58,524 nucleotides of DNA, taken from the NCBI RefSeq assembly GCF_000002865.3, contig NW_001865071.1, positions 124,001 through 182,524 on the forward strand, given 5' to 3'. Under the pieces are notes generated by a model, which made no database searches, was not told where the DNA came from, and saw only the letters and a list, made by a program, of their open reading frames with translations. The stretch is from Monosiga brevicollis MX1. Its lineage: Eukaryota. The position numbers and the translations under genes were made by a program. Positions 48,589-58,524 of this stretch are shown in pieces (within the stretch, counting starts at the first letter, position 1; each line of letters opens with the position of its first letter).

Positions 48589-51500
48589 ATGGGTTCGTCG
48601 GTTTCCAAAGAACGGAAGCGGGCTCGCAAAACGCGAAAGACTCGGCAACATGACACAGCACCGATCCCAGCACCGATTGAGACGCCGGGTCACACAACAT
48701 CACCACCGGCAGCAGCACCCCAGGGCGTTGCCCCAGCATCCGCCCAAGTAGCGCCCATAAAGGCCCCCGCACCATCCATCCAACAGGCCCGGGCCTCCGC
48801 GACCCCCAACGCCGTACCAAACGGCCAGGCGACGGCCCACTTGCGGGCCGTTCTGGAAGCGCAAGATCAGGGCTTTCGAGCAGATGCCTATGCCAACAAC
48901 ATTGCTGACATCTCGCCGCTCCGTCCTGCCCTCTCACCCTGGCGGCCTGTTCAAGAGGAGGATTCGACCTCTTTTGACGTGCAACAAGCCCTAGCCAACC
49001 AGCAATACAGGTGCGCTTCCCACCGCCCGCGTGTCGTCAGCGCCATCCCCTGACATCAAAGTCCCTCCCCCGCCAGTTCTGACATCGCGCCTGCCCCCCG
49101 CCCTGGCATCACCGAGCAACAGGCGACTGGTGGACGAAACACTGGTCAAATTTCACGCCAAGTTGGAGGAGAGCCGATCCTCTCCCGTAGTTTACGTGTC
49201 CCACGCCTGGCCCTCTCGCCCAGAGGAAGACAGCCTTCTCACTCGCGTCATTGGCCTCATGGACGACCTACGCCTGGCTGGCCTCACCGTGCAAGCCCCC
49301 CTCCTTGACTGGCCCCGTGACCAAGAATTCTCTGCCTTTCTGTCCCAAGCCATCCCTAAGAGCCACGCCTTGATTGCTGTTGGCAGCCCTTCCTATCACG
49401 CCGAGTTTGACCAACCCGAGACCGCCGTTGCCCAGGAGTATGCTAGCGCTCAGGCCCACGACCTCTTGGTCTTGCCTATCGTATTGGCGGGCGGCTTTGC
49501 CCAGGCCATCCCTGCGGCCCTCAGCTCCATCTTGGGCTCCTCCGTTGCCGACAGCGCCAGCTACTGCGAGTTTCTGCCAGCCTTTGTGGCCTCCCTCCTT
49601 CACATGAACCCCACTGAGAGCGCCCCGCTCCTGGAAGCCCATGCCGAGAGCTTCCGTGCCCTCAAACACTCCCTCCAACAAGATAACCTTGCCAATGTTG
49701 ACGCTGCACAATTCAAGCGCGTCTATGACGAACAACGAGAATGCGATCGCCTCCGCGAAACCGTTCTCAAGAGCAACTTGGATCGCAAGCAACGCCTCTT
49801 CCTTGACCGCGGCCTCCAGGTTCAGAGCAACCGCGTGACCGAGGTTGCCATCCGCAAGCTGGCCCCACCTTTGGATGCCCCGTCTCCCTCACAAGATCTG
49901 CAGCTGCACTCTGGCACCCCGTTGAGTGCAGCACTTCCGCCCTTCTTGCAAGGCAGCCAGCTCTGCTGGCTGCTTCATGGCTCCACCGCTCTCGTGGCCC
50001 AAGCCACTGCCATTCTCCATAACTGTCTCTGGAAAGGATTTGCCGCCCACCGCGACATCTTGCCTTTAGTGGTGGACCTTGCCGCGCTGGAAAACGCCGG
50101 TGAGCACCTCGTGGAGCAATGCCTTTGGCAGCATGGCTACACGCAAGCCGAGCTCGAGACCTTCCAGGCCGAGCACGTTGAAATCGTTCTACTCTTTGTC
50201 AATTGGCAAGCCGATCAACACTGCACCAATCTCTGGTTTCGAAACGCTCTGCACGCTTGGCAAACCCCTGCCGGCCGTCCCCTACGCGCAATCTTTTGCG
50301 TCGATTCGGCCCAGCTCGTGGACCCCTTGCCTGAAGACCTGGCGAACGATGACCTCGCGCTCTACTTCACTCCGGCCGATGACAGCGGCGAACCCCTTCC
50401 AAAGCAATTGTCCATTTCTCGCCTCGACCACTCCCTGCCCGCGCCACCTCAGGACCTTCCTGCGCCTGGCAATGCTCAAAGCAAACTAGCCACTAAAAAC
50501 GCCCCCAAAGCCACAAGCTCCAAAACAACGGCAAAGGCCGCCAACGCGACAAATCAAGCCTCAAATATCGATGCCCTGCGTGCTCGCTGTGGTACAGCCC
50601 TCCATCAGGTTTGATGCTTGGTCAGGTCCTCATGGAGTACATCGACGTATCGCACTCACCCCGCGCTTGCACCTGCTCGCAGACTTACTTATCAGCGAGA
50701 GAAGCCCTCGTGCGTCAACAATTACATGCCCACCTCTCTCGCCTACAAACCACTGTCAACAACCTGGCTCGCCTCGAAGGCACGCGACGCAAGGTTCGCT
50801 TTGTGTATGCAAAATCGGATGTACTTGCTCATCAAGCTACCCCGCTCAGTCTCCTCTCTCCCTCTCCCTCTCTCCCTCTCCCTTTCTCTCGCCTCACAAC
50901 GCAATTGCATACAGGGCTTTATCAGCTATTCATGGCCGCGAGCCAAAAAAGAGCAACAATTTCTACAAGCCCGCTTACAGCGCCTGCGTGAAGACATGCG
51001 GCCCGTCGGGCTTGACGTCAAGCTTGATATCATGGATCTCAAGGTCTCGTATCACGGCTTTGCGCCACCTGTGCCGGCCGACTAGCCTTTTTTGGTGGTT
51101 CTGTTTTGGTTGTAGTTTTTGTTTTTTGTTTTTTCTTCCGAGGGAGTGTTACAGTTGTTGTTCATGTTGCAATGGTCGATGGCAGTTGTTACGCTTTGCT
51201 TTGTCGCAAGCGTACCTCCCATGTCGACCCCGCTGAAACTTTAACAGTTCCCACAGTATGTTAATGATGGCACCTTTTTTGTCATCTGTCCCTCATTGTA
51301 GGTGGGCATGGACATTGATGAATTCATGCGACAAGGCATTGAAGCCTCAGCCGTGGCCTTTGTCATTGGTTCTTCCGACTATTGTCGTCGCGTGCCCGGT
51401 ATGTAGTGACTTCTTTCAGCACACCCTTGCTTCCAAAGGTCCATCAGGCGCTGCCGACTTCACATTGCCTAGAAGCTTATCAACCACATTAAACGCGTGG

Positions 51501-54500
51501 CCCAATGTAGAACCGAGCAACAAGGTCTCATCAGCTGCGCTATCTAAGGAAGTAACGAACGTTGGCAAAGAATACTGCCACATTCGCGAAGCCGCAGAAA
51601 GCCACCGGCTACAGGTGTTCCCATTGTGGTTTGAACACGGCGAGCATGTCGTGCCACTCCGAGCATTTCCCAAAGGCTTCCTGGACGAGCCTTTCCAACC
51701 GGTTCAAGATTGCGAACAATACATCGATGCGTTGGCTGTGCTACCACGCCTCTACGGACATCTTCACCACCTTATCCCCACCGCCCATGGTCCTGCTGTT
51801 GACCCTGAGGTGGCCGCGGCCTTTCAGCAAGCAAGCGAAGTCTACGGCAACCAGTTGCGCGCCATCGACAAGAGCACCACTGTGCGTCACGCTGAGAAGC
51901 TACAGCCAGCTTGTTTCGCGCTCATCCTGCGGCTGGCCCTCACATTTTGACGCCACTGTCTTTGATCGCATAGGCACAAGCTGTGTGGCAGTGGCATTTT
52001 GCTGACTTGCACCGCCGCGCCGAAGCTGAGCGCAAGTCGGTGCCATGTATTGTTGTGGTTGCTTCATGAGCCCGCCTTGTTGGGTTCCAACTGTCGCCCC
52101 ACTCATGCTCCGACCCCCTGCACGCGTGCCCTCATGAATTCCATGTGTAGGTATCAAGAGCACCTTGAAAAGTTCTTGTCGCAGCAATCGCCCGAAGTGC
52201 TTGCTGAGCTCACGGGCTCGGCGGATTCCACGGAAACGCTAATCAGTACCAACGTGATGCAGCTGCGCAACAGCTCGCAGGCCATGCAACCCCACTCGGC
52301 GATCCACAACGATTTAAAGCAATACGTGCCTGGCACCGCTGCCCGAGAAGCAGACCCCAAAAAACCTGAAGATTGCTTCGAGGTATGCGCGCGCACCCAT
52401 GGGTCGCTCCCTGTTTCAGAGCGTGGCGGCCTCTGAACCTTTATTCACATCCCCTCCCGGGCCCTCTTACCTTTAGGCGTTTGCACACTTGATGAAGACG
52501 CTGGATGAGGCACTTTCGTCCGAAGGCAAAGCAGGCTATACCCTTGTCCAAGGTGGTACGGGCTCGGGCAAGTCAGCCCTGCTACGCTACCTTGAGTTCA
52601 CCTTGTGGCAGCGCTACGACCGAGACCCCACCCAACCCGTGCCCTTGTTTGTGTCACTGGCGCTACTCGATGACCCTACCCACGATGCCATTGCTGAAAC
52701 CATGCGTCGCGCCGGCGTTATGGAAACCGCCATCGAGCTTTTGCGTCGCGAGCGCCGTTTCATCTTTCTGCTCGACGGTTTTGACGAGCTCGGACAAGCC
52801 GTCAACTTGCACTCAAGTAATCAGCTCGAACAATGGCAGGCCTACACCATTGTCGGAGCACGTAGTCAGTACCTTCAGTCCCTTTCTGAATACGGCTCCC
52901 TCTTCATCACCGCTGCCAACCCCGAGCTGGACGAGATTTATTTGCAGCCCTTTGACCAGGCCCAGATCAATCTGTACCTTCAGCGCTTCGCCCTCTCCCC
53001 TCAATCGCAATTGGAGGACTGGGAAGCCTATCGTCAGATCATCGACCAAACACCCGGCCTTCGCACATTGGTTGCCACACCATTTTTATTGCGAATCGCC
53101 TGCGTGGCCATTGGTCACCACGAGCTGCGCATCACCAAACCTGATGGTCTGGATCGTAATCTGCGCCGTGGCGATCTCTACGACGCTTTTGTGCGTGTTC
53201 TCCAACGCCGTGAGCTATGGCGCTGCGTGACTCGACGGCTCGTGCCCCTCAGTGTGGAGCTCACGGCCGAGCTTGGTGCTCTGGACGAAGCCCTGGCCTT
53301 GCATCTCTTCAGCACTCGCCGCGTCACGACCTCACTGCGAGCCACGGCCATGGATAAACTCAAGGTTGGTGTACATGGGCAAACACGCACCTCCACGCAT
53401 CTCTTACTCTGGCGCATTAGTGTTTATCATGTCTGCCTCGTGTTCCATTTGCCTCGCCAACGGTAGATCCTGATCGATGGATCCCCTCTTCGAGTCACGG
53501 GAGGAGGGCCAGCCCATTTTGAGGCCACGTTTGTTCACAAGGTAGAACCCAAAGCTGGAAGATGTGGAATTGGAGTGAACAGCGTTGTGGTTTCGACGTC
53601 TAGGCGGTGGAAAACTCGTCGCCAGGTGCGACTTCAGCACCTCCTGACACTTCTTGGTTGCCGCTTCTGTCTGTCTGTCTACCTATTGCAGTCTGTTCTG
53701 GAATACGAAGTGGCCCAGTGTATCCTGTTGGTGCTGAAGCACGCCGATTCAGACCTGCTTCGTGCCCTTTTGAGCGTGCGCTCGCTGCTAGAGGAACCCA
53801 ACGTTGTGATGTTTGCAGCCGAGCATCTGCAGGACGACTCGAATGCCCGCGACGCGCTCATGAACCTCATCCTGGCGTCACGTGATGACGCAAGCTTGGG
53901 TCCTGCCGCGGCCAACGCCTTTACGCTCCTCAATGCGGCACGCATGAGTTTTAGCGCCTTGGACCTGACCCGTGTCAGGCTGCCAGGTGCCGACCTGCGC
54001 GCGGCTCTGCTGCATCGCACCGACCTCGAGGTACGTTGCTCATCAAAGTTTTGATCATTTTAATTCTTTGAATCCTTAGCGTTTGTGTGCAGCGTGCTGT
54101 GACTGGACGACGGGTCCCCAATGTGAATTGCTGCACTCTGGCTTAGGGTGCCGACCTGACTGGCGCTTATTTGTCGGATGCCATTCTGCCCGGTGCGTCG
54201 CTGGTGCGAACACAACTGGCTGGTATAACATTTGGACAGAAGCCCGATGTCAACGGCCCCACCTCCGATGTTCATGCGATCGAGGCTCGCTCCGATGGCC
54301 AGGTCTTCACGTATGGCCACGGCGTCGAGCGCTTGACTTGGTCGGTTGCCACCGACGATGCTGGGCACGCGACATTAAAGCTCAATGAACGGCAGGCTCT
54401 GCCCGAACGCGGCGCCATCCAGGACGGCGAGGAGGTGCGTCAGCTCCCCTATGTATGGGGAGCCGACGGACGCACCGTCTTGCGAGCTCTTGATCTGGAG

Positions 54501-56897
54501 CGACTCCAGCTGACGGATCTGGAGGGAGAAGCGCTTTGGACCATCACGGAGGACTCGGCCATCAATTTTGGCTCGAGTTGGCCCTTCTTCAACTCGCTCG
54601 CCGTAGCCAGCGATATGAGCGTGGTCGCATTTATCCGAAAGGATGGTCACCTGCGCGCTTGGCGGCCAGGTGCATCCACCAGTACCCCTTTTATAGACGT
54701 CCACGCCCGGCGCGACCTGTCTGACCTACATGTGAACCTACATGAGAAGGGTACGTTGCTGTTAACCGATACGCGGACCCTTTTTTTTAAAAAAAAGAAA
54801 CCTTTGTGTCATCTCGGCGCACATTTCTCACGACTTGAGTGACTCTCGATTGCTGTGCCCTGTGCAGGCGAGATTGACTTTGTGAGCTTGGCCGTGGCTC
54901 CCAACAACTCGTATTTGGCTTGCTTTCTCAAACCTCTTAGCACACAGGGCTATCCCGACCGTGGCCAACCCGGCCATGTGTATCTTTTTGATCTTCGGGA
55001 GGCATCCCCGGTACGGGTGTTTTGCTTGTGCCGTGCAGTGTCGTCATATATGAGCTCGGCTCGCCGGAAAGAGGCTCACGTGTGTCTCGCGTTCACCGTT
55101 ATTGTTCTGTCCCAGACGCCACGCAACCTACCTGCCCATGCCAAATGGATTGGCAACGTGGCTTGGCTCAAGGAGGGTGCAGAGCTGCTGACCATGTCCC
55201 TTGATAACAGCATCAAGTGTTGGGACGTTGAGTCCGGTGTGTCATTCACTTTGTGTGAGGGTATTGTCAAAGCACACTTTGCCCTCTCACTTGTAACCTA
55301 GCGAACGTGCACGGTCCTAACTGGCCCACTGTGTCTTCTTTCCACTTTCTTTTATTCCTTTTTCGCGCCTCCGTGGCCCAGGTCGCGAGCTGTGGAGCAT
55401 GTCTCCGATCCAAGTTGGGGAGCATCGGCCAGTCTCGATGACTGTGGGGCCGCGTGAGCAACGTATGGTGAGCTGCGATGGGGCTCATGGCTGGAGCTGG
55501 AATCCCAACAACCAGCTGGCCCTGTGGGACATGACGCAGCACCAGCGGTTGACTAAGCTACATGGTCACGAGATTGGAACGATTCATGCCATCCAATTCA
55601 GTGCCGACGGCAGTCTTTTGGCTACTGCCAGCTCAGCCAAGACCGTGTGTGTGTACAACGCCAGCGATGGTCAACTCTTGCACGTCTTGCGTGGTCATGA
55701 AAGTAACGTGCGCCAGGTTGCGTTTGTGGCACCTGGTACGCTGCTATCGGGTGCGGGTGCCTCGCTCAAACTGTGGTCATTGGATGCGGCCTCCAGCACG
55801 CCCCCCATCACCTTCAACCCAAACAACACCCCCTTCTCAGCAACCTCGAACCCATGGAGCCTTCAGTTTACCAACAAGTATTTGGTGGCGACACACAACG
55901 TGCACCGAGGCTGCCTGGCCGCGTGGGATCGAGAGACGGGAGAGCTTGCGCCGGCTCTTCGGGGCGATTGGATCGGCAATGACGTGAGCCGTGGACTGGC
56001 CGTGACGCAAGATGGAGAAGGCGTCTACGTCGGGTTGAACAGCTCGCTTATGCATGTACCCGAACTGCGCCTTCGGGGTGCGGGAGAGATTGTTCGCCTT
56101 ATCAACGTTGAGCGCGGTGGTTGGGGAACCCATCTGCACCACAACCAAATGGCAATCACGTCCGACTATCGCTACTTGGCGGGCACCACGCTCTGGAGCA
56201 CGACTACGCTCATTGACCTGCAGTCGGGTCAGCAGGTCGCCACGCTTCGCGGGCACAAACACGATCATGTGTGGGAGCTGATGTTCAGCCTGGACGGTCG
56301 CTACCTCACGACTACGTCCAGCAACGGGGACTTTATCGTGTATGACGTGGCCAGCCACGCATCGGTGGGATCAGGACCCTTCAAGGGGCAAATTGCCTTC
56401 AATGGCCAGAATGAGGTCGTGCAGGTTGGAGGCAAGGACGAAGGCCTAGCTTTGCGGTACTACTCGTGCAAGGGTGACTTGCTGCGCACTGACAAGCAGT
56501 TTGAAGACGCGACGGCGCTAAGCTTCTTCTACGTCGGAGCACGTGTACGTGCACTGCTTGGCGTGTACCAGGAGGATAAGGACTTGCGCTTGTTGGATTT
56601 GGATACGTTTGAGGTACGTGCGTGGCGGCATGAGCTGGGTTGGCACGATTCGGGTGGCTGTCGTTTTGATTTGTGGTTGTGTTTGTTATGTTTTGGTTTG
56701 TCGTCTGAGTGTTGTATCTGCATGGTGTGTTTTTGTGGTGTTTCTCAACGCATGTGTGTGGTCTTAGGTTGTGGCGGTGATTCGGGGCTTTCACAGCAAT
56801 ATGGAAGGTGTCGTCAGTCCAGACTTGTGCCACTTGGCCGCAACCAAGAAAGGTATGTGCAGGATGGCCGTGCAAACTGCATCTTGGCATCTTGGCA

Positions 56898-56952
<55 letters not shown>

Positions 56953-57205
56953 TACATCCCATGTCACCGCCATTGTGGAAGAACTTGAAGGCAAAACTCG
57001 CATCAAGCTTATGCCACGGGGGATCATTTCCGTAGGGCTGCCCGGTCTGGACGTGTATGCGCTTGACAAGGAGGGAAGCCGGCTGCTCTGGGTGACGCGA
57101 CCAACTTTACAAGTCAACGCAGACACGAACTTCCAGGATTGTCAGGGCTTGCCCACGGATGCGCGCGTACTGATGGAACAAAAGGGCGCCATGCTTAGCC
57201 CTTGA
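48589..57205 (+). CDS. NLR-like STAND protein: TIR, degenerate NACHT, TIR, NACHT, pentapeptide repeats, WD40; multi-exon
   Basis: TIR-like segments VYVSHAW...LIAVGSPSY...VAQEY and GFISYSW...FVIGSSDY...VGKEY. Walker A GGTGSGKS and Walker B FLLDGFDE. Pentapeptide region AANAFTLL...LPGADL...GADLTGAYL. WD repeats GHEIGTIHAIQFSADG, GHESNVRQVAF and GHKHDHVWELMFS. Confidence 0.88.
56899..56949. repeat. (CA)n microsatellite in an intron of the NLR-like gene
   Basis: Directly visible. Confidence 0.95.
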
Positions 57206-57558
57206 GCAAAGGCGTGGCAACGCATCGCGATTGATCGTGTAAAGATGTATAGCATGTCTGGCATGCGTCAGGGTTGATCATCCAAATTCAAAGGTACGAC
57301 GCGAGCAATGTCATGAAAGGCTGCTTATAGCCAGGAAGTGGGAACGAGAGAATCTGGATATCAAATAGCGTGCGCACCACAGCCCTCGGGACTGGTCCAA
57401 CCACACGCAAGACAAGACAAAGGATACACAGGGCAAAAAAATGTGTGACGACAAGGCAGGCCGCGTGCCCGCCCCTAAGGCTCGAGGCTGAGGGCCTGTG
57501 AAGAAGCGTACTCAAAATGATGGGAGCCGCAATTGTTGGGGGGGGGGGGGGGAGCAGT

Positions 57559-58207
57559 TTACGCCAATTGTTGGCGAAGAAGCTGGAAGACCTTCTGCTT
57601 GATCCACTCCTTATCATGGGGCACATAAGTGCGGCTGCCCCCATTGAACACCAAGCAGCTCAAATCGCCTACACAAGAGCGGGTCATCCCCCAGATGAAT
57701 GTGCACAGTGGGCGGGCAGAGTAGGAAGGTAACAAGCACCGTTGGGAGAAAGCGCATCCTCTCGTGTCCTGCTTGCCGCTCTTACCGAGAGCATCGATGA
57801 AAGCATACAGGTCAGACACATCGTAGCTAATCTGCGGCTGGGTTGGGAACATCTCCTTGAGGTGTGTCTCAAACATCTTGCAGACACCTGAGGTGTTGAG
57901 GTGAGCGGCAAAACAACAAGTGTGAGTTGGCTGATCCAGTGACCATGTGCCATAGGCAGCCACCTATGCTTGGCACGAAGAAGAAGCAGAAGGAAGTTTG
58001 AAAAAAAGGAAAAAAAAGGCAGGAGCAGATCCAATAGAACCCACCCTCCATGGCCTGGTTCTGTGACTCGTAGTCACTGTAGGTGCGGCTCGCGGCGGAG
58101 CGGGTGGGCTGAACAAGCAGGATCGTATGCTGCATCAACGAGGGAAAAGAAGGCGATATGAGGCAAGTGCAGCCAACAATAAACTGCATTTGTGAGCACA
58201 CCACCAT
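57559..58207 (-). CDS. ERH: Enhancer of rudimentary homolog; 4 exons, start tentative
   Basis: HTILLVQP...RTYSDYES...MEG|VCKMFETHLK...ISYDVSDLYAFID|DLSCLV...TYVPHDKEWIKQKVFQLLRQQ. Confidence 0.95.
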
Positions 58208-58524
58208 GTCGCCATTGCATGTCAGCCCTTCCATGACCTGCATTGCCGCGGTAGAGCAGCGCAGAGCAGGGCTTGCTGCCATTTCCCAACGGATCGGGGC
58301 TCACTACTCACGCTCATCTTGGCAGGACGAGAAGAGGCGGTCAAGAAACTGATGCGCCATATGTCTTGACCCCCCCGACTGCAAATGTCAGTAAAATCTC
58401 CTCAATGCAGAACGTCAACGATGACAATGTCAATATACCTCTCCTTCATAAAGCATCATACCTCCCAATACAGTGGGGTACCCCCTAACTTTGAACGGAG
58501 GTTTTGGTAATAACACTTGTTCCA

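Noticed and set aside
48589..49010. Fungal-type amyloid signalling motif at the NLR-like N-terminus
   Set aside because: The region is Pro/Ala-rich, lacks Asn/Gln/Gly pseudo-repeats, and no neighbouring gene shares a motif with it.
1..58524. tRNA, rRNA or intact transposons
   Set aside because: No cloverleaf, rRNA signature, transposase, reverse transcriptase or terminal repeats were recognised by eye. Small ncRNAs cannot be excluded without an Infernal or tRNAscan run.

Overview
Intron-rich, compact eukaryotic genomic DNA with short GT-AG introns, many (GT/CA)n tracts and one 51-N assembly gap. Gene style and content suggest a choanoflagellate such as Monosiga, which is an inference. I read 16 genes by manual splicing: a VRK kinase (3' part), a two-box HMGB protein, BAF/BANF1, PNPase, an NRF-6-like O-acyltransferase, a BMT/GT91-like propeller protein, a large secreted FG-GAP propeller protein, MSH2, a probable TALPID3, importin-9, a GALNT, a bacterial-type secreted FAD oxidoreductase, a UBX protein, a small secreted Cys-rich protein, an NLR-like protein and ERH. 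The top finding is the NLR-like gene (48589-57205), with the layout myristoyl/polybasic N-terminus, TIR, degenerate NACHT, TIR, intact NACHT, pentapeptide repeats, WD40. Also notable are the close linkage of VRK with its known substrate BAF, recurring palindromic motifs in 5' intergenic regions and a decayed MYND finger. Exon boundaries were read by eye and all homologies come from motif recall, not database searches.
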